Positions 7,173 to 15,440 of a DNA stretch of 27,538 nucleotides are shown here, piece after piece. The DNA is taken from assembly GCA_903915225.1 (NCBI GenBank), contig CAIWSB010000109.1:1-27538 (forward strand). The letters are read 5' to 3'. A program made the translations under genes and the position numbers. The notes below the pieces were generated by a model. It saw only the letters and a program-made list of their open reading frames with translations. It was not told the DNA's origin and did no database searches. The stretch's first letter is position 1. Each line of letters starts with the position of its first letter. Origin of the DNA: an uncultured Candidatus Woesearchaeota archaeon. Its GTDB lineage: Archaea > Nanobdellota > Nanobdellia > Woesearchaeales > B29-G15.

Positions 7173-8120
7173 ATGTCAGTCATACTTGTTACTGGGGGCG
7201 CCGGGTTCATCGGGAGCCATGTTTGCGAGGCCCTGCTTAAGAAGGGAGAGACAGTTGTTACTGTTGACAACCTGGATCCTTACTACGACCTAAGCCAGAA
7301 AGAAGGAAACATAGCACTGCTTAGGAAACACAAGGGATTCACATACTATCGGCAGGACATTTGCGACAGGGAGGGTTTGGCTGCAATATTCGAGAAGCAC
7401 AAGCCCGAGCGAGTGATACATCTCGCTGCCAAGGCAGGTGTCCGGGCCTCGCTAGAATTCCCCAAGCTGTATGAGGAAGTGAACGTTGGCGGAACTGTGA
7501 ACCTGCTGGAACTCGCCAATAAACACAAGGTGAAGCTTTTCGTATTGGGCTCATCCTCATCTGTTTACGGCTCCAGGTCAAAGGTTCCATTTAGGGAGAG
7601 CGACCCAGTTGGGGAGCCCATCTCGCCATATGCAGCCAGCAAGCGGTCAGCAGAGCTCTTCTGCTACGTTTTCCATAGCCTCTACAATCTCAATATCGTG
7701 TGCTTCAGATTTTTTACAGTATTCGGCCCGCGTGGAAGGCCGGACATGATTCCTTTTAAGTTCACAAAGCTGGTTCTTGAAGGAAAACCAATTATCAGGT
7801 ATGGGGATGGAAGCTCAAAGCGCGATTACACATACGTTGGGGATGTGGTTTCGGGAATTCTAGCAACCCTCGACAAGACATTTGGGTTTGAGATAATCAA
7901 CCTGGGGAACAACAAGACAGTTACCCTAAATGATTTTATCGCAACCATAGAAAGGGTGACTGGAAAGAAAGCCAAAATCATCGAAGAGCCTATGCCAAAG
8001 GCTGACGTGCCAATAACCTGCGCTGACATCACAAAAGCCAGGAAGATGCTTGGTTTCAGTCCATCAACCGGGTTGGAAGAGGGGCTGACCAAATTCTTTG
8101 AGTGGTACAAAACCAAATAA
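7173..8120 (+). CDS. NAD-dependent sugar-nucleotide epimerase/dehydratase (extended SDR), UDP-glucuronate 4-epimerase-like
   Basis: 315 aa. Rossmann VTGGAGFIGSH, catalytic YAASK, and DNLDPYYDLSQKEGNIALL, which closely resembles UDP-GlcA 4-epimerase/WbpP-type enzymes. TTATTTAAAT TATA-like box about 30 nt upstream of the ATG. Confidence 0.75.
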   Translation: MSVILVTGGAGFIGSHVCEALLKKGETVVTVDNLDPYYDLSQKEGNIALLRKHKGFTYYRQDICDREGLAAIFEKHKPERVIHLAAKAGVRASLEFPKLYEEVNVGGTVNLLELANKHKVKLFVLGSSSSVYGSRSKVPFRESDPVGEPISPYAASKRSAELFCYVFHSLYNLNIVCFRFFTVFGPRGRPDMIPFKFTKLVLEGKPIIRYGDGSSKRDYTYVGDVVSGILATLDKTFGFEIINLGNNKTVTLNDFIATIERVTGKKAKIIEEPMPKADVPITCADITKARKMLGFSPSTGLEEGLTKFFEWYKTK

Positions 8121-8150
8121 TTTTTATACCCTACCCTTATCATTGGGGCA

Positions 8151-9635
8151 ATGGTTAACTTTTACAAGCGGGCAGCCAAGAGTGCAATTTTTTTGTTTGC
8201 CGCAATAATGCTAGCCAACCTGTTCGGTTATTTGACCCGCGGCCTGCTCACCAGAACGCTGTCCCAGTCGGATTTCGGGCTGTTTTACGCCATGCTCACC
8301 TTCTTCTTTTTTGTGACGATACCAATCGACCTTGGCTTTGGCTCGGCCTTGATTAAGCACATCTCGCAGTTTAATGCAAAGCACCAATACAGGGAGCTGT
8401 ACAGCTCAATTGCGCTTGTGGCAATTGTGAAAATCTCACTGAGCATCGTGGTGGCGTTGTTGATAATCCTGGCCGCGCCGTTCCTTGCGGCAAATTATTT
8501 CAAATCCCCCACTGCGCTCCCGGCCCTGTATTTTGTGGGGCTTTTCGTGGTCCTGAGCACAATAATGGACCTCTTTGACGGCATATTCTCTGGCTTCCAA
8601 AGGATGTACCTTGTTGGCGCCCAGTATTTCCTGCAAAAGTTTATTTTCTTTGCTGCTGCTTTTGGGTTCATCATGTTCTCCAACATACGCGGGGTCATGA
8701 TGCCCGTGTATGCCTTCCTAATCTCCTCTTTTGGTTTCCTGGTATTCTCATGGAAAATTTTTGGGCTGTTCCAATGGTTCAAGAAGCCCCTGCATCTGAC
8801 CTGGGGCTTGTTTAAGCGGCTTGGGATATTTGCCATTGCATCACTGATGAACTCTGTGGGGTTTGTGATCATTGGTTACATTGATGTGATGCTATTAACG
8901 TACTTCCGGACCCTCCCAGAGGTTGGGGTTTACAATACTGTTCTCCCGACTGCCCTAATCATGACTTACTTGGCGTCCTCCATGGCAATGGTGCTGTTTC
9001 CCATTGCCTCCGAGCTCTGGACCAAAAAAGCACGAGCCAGGCTTATCAAGGGCATAGAGCTGCTGTACGATTACTTACTTTTCCTCACACTCCCCGCATC
9101 AATTATCCTGATAATTTACCCGGACACCCTGTTGGGTATCCTATTTGGACCGAGCTATGGGACTGGGGCAGTTGCACTCCGCATTGTATCTGCGGGAGTT
9201 ATTATGGCTTCGTTATTTAGGATAAACTCCTCAGTGTTGAGCGGGATTGGCAGGCCCCAGGATGTGACAAAGGCCGTGCTGCCGGCAGCACTGCTCAATT
9301 TTGCTGTTAATCTTTTTGCAATCCCCCGATTTGGCATGTCTGGCGCTGCATTTGCAACCACCCTTAGCTACATCCTGATGATGGTGATATCAACTGTGCT
9401 TGTTGTCAAATTCACAGGGTTCAGGATGAGGTTTGGTAGGCTAGCATTGACCTTAACAAATGCGGGTTTGTTTGCAGTATTCCTTCTATTGATGAAAGCA
9501 TGGCTTCCTGGTGGGCTATTGTGGTTGTTCATTGGGGTTGTAATCTCTGGCTTGGCTTACCTTGGACTGGGTTTCCTCCTGCGCATTATCAACTTCAAAG
9601 AAATCCTAAAGCTAAACCCATTAAAGAAGGCATAG
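8151..9635 (+). CDS. Wzx-like oligosaccharide/polysaccharide flippase (MOP superfamily polysaccharide biosynthesis protein)
   Basis: 494 aa, about 12-14 predicted TM helices, no soluble domain. This architecture and its position are typical of PF01943/PF13440 flippases in glycan clusters (AglR/Wzx-like). Confidence 0.7.
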   Translation: MVNFYKRAAKSAIFLFAAIMLANLFGYLTRGLLTRTLSQSDFGLFYAMLTFFFFVTIPIDLGFGSALIKHISQFNAKHQYRELYSSIALVAIVKISLSIVVALLIILAAPFLAANYFKSPTALPALYFVGLFVVLSTIMDLFDGIFSGFQRMYLVGAQYFLQKFIFFAAAFGFIMFSNIRGVMMPVYAFLISSFGFLVFSWKIFGLFQWFKKPLHLTWGLFKRLGIFAIASLMNSVGFVIIGYIDVMLLTYFRTLPEVGVYNTVLPTALIMTYLASSMAMVLFPIASELWTKKARARLIKGIELLYDYLLFLTLPASIILIIYPDTLLGILFGPSYGTGAVALRIVSAGVIMASLFRINSSVLSGIGRPQDVTKAVLPAALLNFAVNLFAIPRFGMSGAAFATTLSYILMMVISTVLVVKFTGFRMRFGRLALTLTNAGLFAVFLLLMKAWLPGGLLWLFIGVVISGLAYLGLGFLLRIINFKEILKLNPLKKA

Positions 9636-9638
9636 ATT

Positions 9639-10469
9639 CTATTTGATTATATTGCTCATTGAATTTATCCCCTGTATTGAATTCTCAGAGAGCCTCCCTT
9701 GGTTTAGGTACCTTAGGTACTCCACAAGCTTGGGCCTCTTATCAACGGCAATGATTAGACTGGTGATGCTCTCAACAGCATTGGCGTAGCGCAGGGCAAG
9801 CCCCTCAAAGCTTATGCGCTCGTCATCGCAGATCTCCCGGAGATTTATCCTAAAATCCTCAAACTCCTGCAGGGTGTCTGCAACACCCGGAGTGCAGGGC
9901 TGCTCTTTGGGAACAGCTCCGCAGACAAGCACCTGCACACCCTTGGCATGTGCCCGCTGAAAGAAGCCGTTTTCCATCAGACGTTTATCAAACATATGAA
10001 ACTGGGCTTTGATAGCATCCACGCCGGCTGTATTGAGTGCAAGCTCTGCTTCCTCAGGTGTTTTCACAGTAACGCCTATCATCCCCAAACTCCCTGATGC
10101 CTTCAGCTCATTCAGCATCTTTTGTAGGATGCCATTGCCACCCACTAGGTCTTCAAAACAATCAAATAGGAATACGGGGAGCTGGCTTAGCCCCAGCGCG
10201 GCAGTGGTCTGCCTGATTGTGGCGTCAACACTGTTCATAACCTCCAGTGGGCTTTTCTTCCAGTTAATTTTTGGAACCCGAAGGATAATGCACGGGCCTT
10301 GCCCCTTGAGGCATTCTGCAAGCGCCTTTTCATTCCCTGCAGCCACCTCAAACCCATTGATGCCGTTGTTAATTGCAGTCCTCACTATTGCCTTGGCTTC
10401 CTCCCCCGCATCTGTGAGTTTGGCAGTGGATAATACAATCTTAGATAGTTTCATCATATCCCCCTTCAA
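9639..10469 (-). CDS. aldo/keto-reductase-fold protein with non-canonical active-site positions
   Basis: 276 aa. The whole length follows the AKR (alpha/beta)8 pattern: KIVLSTAKL…GEEAKAIVRTAINNGINGFEVA, FLFDCFED, GSLGMIGVTVKT, VQVLVCGAV. The DTA…Y catalytic positions are replaced by FEVA, with no Tyr. Convergent with the flippase gene, leaving a 3-nt gap. Confidence 0.4.
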   Translation of the reverse strand: MKGDMMKLSKIVLSTAKLTDAGEEAKAIVRTAINNGINGFEVAAGNEKALAECLKGQGPCIILRVPKINWKKSPLEVMNSVDATIRQTTAALGLSQLPVFLFDCFEDLVGGNGILQKMLNELKASGSLGMIGVTVKTPEEAELALNTAGVDAIKAQFHMFDKRLMENGFFQRAHAKGVQVLVCGAVPKEQPCTPGVADTLQEFEDFRINLREICDDERISFEGLALRYANAVESITSLIIAVDKRPKLVEYLRYLNQGRLSENSIQGINSMSNIIK

Positions 10470-10504
10470 ACCACCAACTAAGCTTTCTTATAAAATTTTT
10501 GGTC

Positions 10505-11656
10505 TCAGAACACACTCACAGTTTGGGCCAAGGTTTTGTACATATCGGTGTATTTCCCAATGACCTGCTCCCAGGAGAATTCCTTTATCTTCTCCACGCC
10601 GGCTGCCCCAACCTTCTTGCGCAGCTCAGGGTTATCCAAAAGCTGTTTAAGCCTCGCCCCAAGGCATTCATTGTCATCCAGCTTGCAGAGGAACCCGTTC
10701 TTGCCATCCTCAACCAAATCAGGAATGCAAGGAATATTTGAGGTGACAACTGACAGGCCGCAGCACATTGCTTCCATTAGAACCCCCGGAAGCCCCTCAC
10801 CGCGTGACGGGAAAAAGAATACATCTGCTGCAGCATAGAAGTCAAACACATCCTTTCTGAATCCAGTGAATATTAATTTGCTGGTAATACCCTTCTTCTT
10901 GGCGATTACCTCATACTCCTTGCGCATAGGCCCGTCTCCAACCAGCAGGACCTTGATGTTCTCTCCCTTGAGCTTGGCAATTACCTCAATTAGGGTTTCC
11001 ACGCCTTTTCTTGGCACCAGGAGTCCGACGTAAAGCACAACCTTCTCGTCCTTGATGCCAAACTCACGCCTTATTGCGCTGCCATCTCCTGGCTTTTTCA
11101 CGTCTATACCTGTTGGAATCACATCCACCTTGGCCATTTTAATCCCGGCCATTCTGGCAAAGGGCATCAGTGAGCGGCCATAGAGGGTTATTTTCTCGGG
11201 TGCGCCAAATATGAGCCACCCGAAAATCCTGTAGTATAATCTAAATAGTTTATCGTAACGTTCCCCTGCAGAGAATGAGTAGCCTGCAATAGTATCCATG
11301 GTAAGTATAAGCTTTGTCTTGAACAGCAGGCCGAATATACAGGCAAAAAAGTTAGCCAGATAGAACTGAGCCCACATATGCACCACATCATACCTCCAGA
11401 AGACACGGAAGAGCTGGACAAAGAAAATTGGTGTTACAGGAATCGGCCACTCATATGCCCCGCCCGGTTGGATAACAGAGTAAGTGTAGATGCGAACCCC
11501 TGGCGGAAGCTTTGAGTAGTGCAGTGAATCGTCACGGGACTTAAACAAGGGCTTTGGTATTAGCAGCCCAACTTCATTGGTTTTAGCAGTCCGGGTGATA
11601 ATCTCTGCAATGGGCCTGCGCAGCAGCAGAGCTGGGTTTATGTAGCAGATTCTCAT
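10505..11656 (-). CDS. family 4 (GT-B, 'group 1') glycosyltransferase
   Basis: 383 aa. C-terminal EX7E-type motif FFFPSRGEGLPGVLMEAMCCGLSVVTSNIPCIPDLVEDGKNGFL. Start overlaps the upstream small gene in an ATGA junction. Confidence 0.85.
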   Translation of the reverse strand: MRICYINPALLLRRPIAEIITRTAKTNEVGLLIPKPLFKSRDDSLHYSKLPPGVRIYTYSVIQPGGAYEWPIPVTPIFFVQLFRVFWRYDVVHMWAQFYLANFFACIFGLLFKTKLILTMDTIAGYSFSAGERYDKLFRLYYRIFGWLIFGAPEKITLYGRSLMPFARMAGIKMAKVDVIPTGIDVKKPGDGSAIRREFGIKDEKVVLYVGLLVPRKGVETLIEVIAKLKGENIKVLLVGDGPMRKEYEVIAKKKGITSKLIFTGFRKDVFDFYAAADVFFFPSRGEGLPGVLMEAMCCGLSVVTSNIPCIPDLVEDGKNGFLCKLDDNECLGARLKQLLDNPELRKKVGAAGVEKIKEFSWEQVIGKYTDMYKTLAQTVSVF

Positions 11657-11985
11657 TCTCCTTTCTTGCCCTTGAGCGCCAGCTCCCGCACAATGGAGGT
11701 CAAATCCTTCTTTGTGTCCTCCATCTTAACGTAGAGGCGGTAGATGAGGTAATAGAGGAGGATTATGCTGAGGTACAGCACAAGGTCAACACCTCGGCCT
11801 ATGCCAAAGAGATTGGCAACAAAAGAGGTGGTTTGTGGCAGCACAGCAACCAAAATAACACTAAGCCAGATGAGCAGCCAGATAGCCATTGAGCTGAATG
11901 TGCTCTTCTTGTTCTTGTACCTGATGACCGCGCGGCTCAGCGCAAACAGGGCAAAAAGCACTCCAAAAATCTGGATAAATCCCAT
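11653..11985 (-). CDS. small membrane protein, DUF2304-like (GT2-associated)
   Basis: 110 aa. Three hydrophobic helices followed by a charged C-terminal helix (KMEDTKKDLTSIVRELALKGKKGE), translationally coupled (ATGA) to the GT4 gene. This pattern matches the small DUF2304 proteins that accompany glycosyltransferases. BRE/TATA-like CGAAAAGCTTTTATATCC lies about 25-35 nt upstream of the ATG, consistent with a leaderless transcript. Confidence 0.45.
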   Translation of the reverse strand: MGFIQIFGVLFALFALSRAVIRYKNKKSTFSSMAIWLLIWLSVILVAVLPQTTSFVANLFGIGRGVDLVLYLSIILLYYLIYRLYVKMEDTKKDLTSIVRELALKGKKGE

Positions 11986-12030
11986 TTTAGTGTCACATTG
12001 TTTTGGATATAAAAGCTTTTCGCGGGATTA
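11986..12030 (-). promoter_or_regulatory. archaeal-type BRE/TATA-like promoter for the DUF2304-GT4 operon (near-leaderless)
   Basis: Minus-strand sequence CGAAAAGCTTTTATATCCAAAACAATGTGACACTAAA-ATG. TATA-like TTTTATAT is centred ~30 nt upstream of the start codon, with a purine-rich BRE-like tract immediately 5'. Confidence 0.3.
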
Positions 12031-12051
12031 GTAGTTAGTTACGTAGCATTC

Positions 12052-12122
12052 GTGGCGCCGCCGGGGCGGGGGTTGTCCCTTACGGGGTGCCCCGGGAGGA
12101 GCGTAAGCGACGACGGCCGCCC
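12052..12122. other. GC-rich (~75% GC) 71-nt island in an AT-rich intergenic spacer; candidate small structured RNA or terminator
   Basis: gtggcgccgccggggcgggggttgtcccttacggggtgccccgggaggagcgtaagcgacgacggccgccc. Internal complementarity CTTACG/CGTAAG and GGGG/CCCC tracts. Sits between the stop of the GT2 gene (12149) and the promoter of the DUF2304-like gene. No tRNA cloverleaf or T-loop detectable. Confidence 0.3.
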
Positions 12123-12148
12123 ATTATCAGAAAAATTTTTGCACTTAT

Positions 12149-12826
12149 TTACCGCAGCAACTTATTCAGGAGCATTCTCCAGAGAATTCGGAACGAGTTG
12201 AGTGTGCTCTGCCCTTTGGCCTTTGAGTAGTCGCTGTAGGTAATTGTTACTGGCACTTCGACGTATTTCAATCTGTCACGGGCGATTTCCTCAACAATCT
12301 CAGAGGCATGGGCCATGTCATCACAGATGATATCAATTGAATTTGCGGCTTTCCTGGTCAAAGCGCGAAGTCCGTTGTGGGAATCTGTGAGATTGACACC
12401 GTAGAATAGCCTGAATATCAGGGCACCACCGCGGAGGAATATTGCCCTGACAAAAGGGGTATTGGAGTCCTTTGTCAGGAACCGTGAGCCCAGGGCAACC
12501 TCCGCTTTCTGGTTACTGAGAGCAGCTAGTAGGGGTTTGATTGAGCTCGGCGAGTGTTGGCCGTCTGCATCAAATGTCACAATATAGTCCGCACATTCGC
12601 GCAGGGCAAATTCAATTCCCGTCTTTAGGCCAGCACCCTGGCCACGGTTGATTATGTGCCTTAGTACAGTTGCCCCTGCCCTTTCTGCAACCCTTGCAGT
12701 CTTATCCATTGAGCCGTCATCAACCACTACGATGTTGCCGTAGCCCGCGCCCCTCAGGCCTCGGATTACATCCCCTATCTTTTTCTCTTCATTGTACGCG
12801 GGAATAACTATGTAGGTTTTTTTCAT
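12149..12826 (-). CDS. GT2 polyprenyl-phosphate sugar synthase-like glycosyltransferase (DPM1/ArnC/GtrB-like catalytic domain, no C-terminal TM anchor)
   Basis: ORF trimmed to the internal ATG at 12826 (MKKTYIVIPAYNEEKKIGDVIRGL…); DAD motif in VTFDADGQH. Start overlaps the stop of the upstream ArnE-like gene (ATGA). Confidence 0.75.
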   Translation of the reverse strand: MKKTYIVIPAYNEEKKIGDVIRGLRGAGYGNIVVVDDGSMDKTARVAERAGATVLRHIINRGQGAGLKTGIEFALRECADYIVTFDADGQHSPSSIKPLLAALSNQKAEVALGSRFLTKDSNTPFVRAIFLRGGALIFRLFYGVNLTDSHNGLRALTRKAANSIDIICDDMAHASEIVEEIARDRLKYVEVPVTITYSDYSKAKGQSTLNSFRILWRMLLNKLLR

Positions 12827-13164
12827 GCCAGCGTCATAAGCACCACGCCAAAGATTATGAGGCCCATGCCTGTCCATTTCGCAGAGGTGCTTTTCTCCTT
12901 TAGGAATTTGAATGAGATTATGCTAACCCAGATGTAAGAGAGCGACGTCATAGGGTAGACAGTTGACAGCTCCCCCATCTTAAGGGCAGAAATGAATACA
13001 ATCGAGGAAATTACATACAAGGCCAGCCCGGCTATCATATTGTAATTCTTAATCAGCTTAATGGGATTGATGCTGAAGCTGGAGCCCCCCTTTTTAAGGA
13101 AAGTTGCCCCAATGGCCCCCATCAGGGTTGCAACGACTGCGAGTGGGATTATCAGCAGGTTCAT
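12823..13164 (-). CDS. 4-TM DMT/EamA-type small flippase subunit, ArnE-like
   Basis: 113 aa. VYPMTSLSYIWVSIISFKFLKEKSTSAKWTGMGLIIFGVVLM aligns well with E. coli ArnE [42 protein letters not shown]. Start overlaps the upstream paralogue (ATGA). Confidence 0.65.
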   Translation of the reverse strand: MNLLIIPLAVVATLMGAIGATFLKKGGSSFSINPIKLIKNYNMIAGLALYVISSIVFISALKMGELSTVYPMTSLSYIWVSIISFKFLKEKSTSAKWTGMGLIIFGVVLMTLA

Positions 13165-13529
13165 CCGCTCCTCCCTATGAATGAGACGCCCGCGATTATT
13201 GCGATGGTGCCCAACACTTTTGTAAGGCTTATCGAGTCTTTGAATAAGATTACACCCAGCACAAACACCCAGATGAATGTGAGCGAGATGAACGGGTAGA
13301 CTTTGGAGAGCTCCCCGAACTTGAGCGCAGCCACAAGGAGCAGTGCCCCCAGGAAGTACAGGAAAAGCCCAATCAGCAGATTCCAGTTGGTTAAAAGCTT
13401 AATCAAATTTAGCTCAAAAGTGTTCGATGAGAGCTTGTAAAATATCTGGCCGGCAGCAGTAAATATTGTGCAGATTATCACCAGAAGCAGGGCCTTGGAA
13501 TTAGCATTCATCAACACGAGGACAAACAA
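13161..13529 (-). CDS. 4-TM DMT/EamA-type small flippase subunit, ArnF-like paralogue
   Basis: 122 aa. Same family as the neighbouring gene (GQIFYK…VYPFISLTFIWVFVLGVILFKDSISLTKVLGTIAIIAGVSFIG). A tandem pair implies a heterodimeric flippase like ArnE/ArnF. The start may be the ATG at 13511 instead of 13529. Confidence 0.6.
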   Translation of the reverse strand: MFVLVLMNANSKALLLVIICTIFTAAGQIFYKLSSNTFELNLIKLLTNWNLLIGLFLYFLGALLLVAALKFGELSKVYPFISLTFIWVFVLGVILFKDSISLTKVLGTIAIIAGVSFIGRSG

Positions 13530-13563
13530 AAGTTATTTAAATAGTTTATGCGTTTGCCGGCCA

Positions 13564-15402
13564 ATGGGTGGTAACGAAGGGGTTAGAGGCATTTTCAATA
13601 GGTTTGGCCTTGCCCAGTGGGGTTTAATTCTTGTTGTAATAGTATATGCTGCGGTCCTTATAGTTGAGTACTCCAGGTTCCAGCAGCTCCCCTCACCAAT
13701 ATACGGCGGCGACTTGTATCATCAGCTGGGTGCAGTCAACCATGTAAAGTACGGGGGAAACCCCTTTGTTTCATTTTCAACGCTCAGCGGCACACCCACT
13801 TATTTCCCTATGAGCGCATTCTTGGTGGGGAACCTTGCCAGGTTATTTAATTTACCAGGAATTACAGCAATGTACATATCATCGGTAATCTTCACAATCT
13901 TGGCTTTATTTATTGTTTACCTTGTTTTGAAAAGAATATTTGAGAATGGGCTGATAGCGCTTTTTGGTACACTCGCTTACCTCCCCCTCCAGCGGGGAGT
14001 ACTGAAATACACTGAAATGGCCTTCCAGGTCGGCTATCCGCTTTTCTTCCTATCATTATTGTGCTTTTTCCAGGCAAAGCGCGGGCGTGCAATACACGCC
14101 TGGATTACGGGCATTGTCTACGGGCTCTTGAGCATCTCTCATGCAATGGGGTTTTTCATCCCGACACTCCTTATGCCTTTTATCCTGCTCTACTTGCTCA
14201 TATTCCAATATGCGGGCCCGATTGACTGGGGCAAGGTAAAATCTTCAGCACTCAAGAACATTGGTTATTTTGCGCTAATGCTGGTCCCGGGCCTTTTAAT
14301 TGCCCAAATCTACTGGTTCCCATTTTTTGCACGCCAGTTGGCAGGGATAGGCTTTGAGTTGGAGTCCTACATATACACATTTGGGAGCATATTCAATGAG
14401 GCAGTGTCAACGCTTTTCAGCTTCTCCGGGCTCACTTCAATTCTTGTGACATTGCTAGTAATCTTTTCTGTCCTTATCCCCCTGGTGTTCAGGCCGAAAG
14501 ACCAGGCAAACCGGAAAAGGATTATGATAACATATGGGTTTGGGCTAGTCCTGCTGATAATGCCTTTCCATTTTATAATCACAAAGCCACTGTTCGGGAT
14601 AGTGCTTGTTCCGAACCACATGCTGGCCCATTGCTACGCATTGTTGAGGGTTGTTTTTGCCTGCCTCGGGCTTTACATCCTTTCCCTTTTCCTAAGAAAA
14701 AGAATGGAACAATTCTTACTTGCTGGAATTATCATTGTTATGTTTGTCTTCAACATTTTTGGGTTTGCCTCATGGTATACAACAGACCGTTGGGTCAGGA
14801 CAGGTATGCTGCCCATTGGCAGCCCCCTGGAGGACGTAGAGGGGTGGATTGTAAAAAGCACAGATGTGAATGATGTTTTCATGACAACAAAAGAGGCGGC
14901 TTCTGCATTGAATGCATTAACCGGAAGGAAGTTTCTTACCTTAAGGTACAACCATGTGGACCCCACTTTGGACTCCATGCAAAGGGAGCTTGACCAGGCA
15001 ATTATTCTCTACGGAAACAATGATACCAAGAGAATAGAACTGCTTAAAAAGTACCAAGTGAAGTACCTTTATTGGGATTTATTTTGGTTCGATACAGAGT
15101 TTGTTTTTGCTAAAAATGGGACGCTTGTGGATTTCTTCGACCCGTTGACTATCCAGGCCAATGACAAGAATTACGAGCTCCTAAAAAAGTATGACATTGG
15201 CTTTGTCTATGAGAAAATGCCGCTCGACCCCTCAAAGCGTGACAGGACTGATGTCGAGATGGTCGAACTTTTCGTCATTTTGCCAACCAATTTCTCACAA
15301 ACAAAACCCTGGAACCCGCAGCTTGACAAGCACCTCCAGATGGTGAGGGGTTGGCAGGATCAAAACGAGCCTGTTGCAAAGATATTCAAAGTTGTTTACT
15401 AA
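13564..15402 (+). CDS. GT-C-type membrane glycosyltransferase candidate (ArnT/AglS/PMT-like architecture: ~11-13 TM helices + ~200-aa C-terminal soluble domain)
   Basis: ORF-track entry 13468..15402 trimmed to the ATG at 13564 (MGGNEGV…), which avoids overlap with the divergent gene. Long polytopic N-terminal region with an early extracytoplasmic acidic motif (IYGGDLYHQ). Hydrophilic C-terminal domain (from ~WYTTDRW) rich in D/E/K/Y. Divergently transcribed from the GT2 + ArnE/F-like operon. Confidence 0.5.
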   Translation: MGGNEGVRGIFNRFGLAQWGLILVVIVYAAVLIVEYSRFQQLPSPIYGGDLYHQLGAVNHVKYGGNPFVSFSTLSGTPTYFPMSAFLVGNLARLFNLPGITAMYISSVIFTILALFIVYLVLKRIFENGLIALFGTLAYLPLQRGVLKYTEMAFQVGYPLFFLSLLCFFQAKRGRAIHAWITGIVYGLLSISHAMGFFIPTLLMPFILLYLLIFQYAGPIDWGKVKSSALKNIGYFALMLVPGLLIAQIYWFPFFARQLAGIGFELESYIYTFGSIFNEAVSTLFSFSGLTSILVTLLVIFSVLIPLVFRPKDQANRKRIMITYGFGLVLLIMPFHFIITKPLFGIVLVPNHMLAHCYALLRVVFACLGLYILSLFLRKRMEQFLLAGIIIVMFVFNIFGFASWYTTDRWVRTGMLPIGSPLEDVEGWIVKSTDVNDVFMTTKEAASALNALTGRKFLTLRYNHVDPTLDSMQRELDQAIILYGNNDTKRIELLKKYQVKYLYWDLFWFDTEFVFAKNGTLVDFFDPLTIQANDKNYELLKKYDIGFVYEKMPLDPSKRDRTDVEMVELFVILPTNFSQTKPWNPQLDKHLQMVRGWQDQNEPVAKIFKVVY

Positions 15403-15440
15403 GAATTATTCTCCTGATAATATTACTTATAGAGGTAACT

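Noticed and set aside
15403-15440. Short palindrome AGAATTATTCT in the 38-nt gap between convergent GT-C and UPF0104 genes as a bidirectional terminator
   Set aside because: The stem is only 5 bp with a 1-nt loop. It is too weak to call and is more likely chance in AT-rich sequence.
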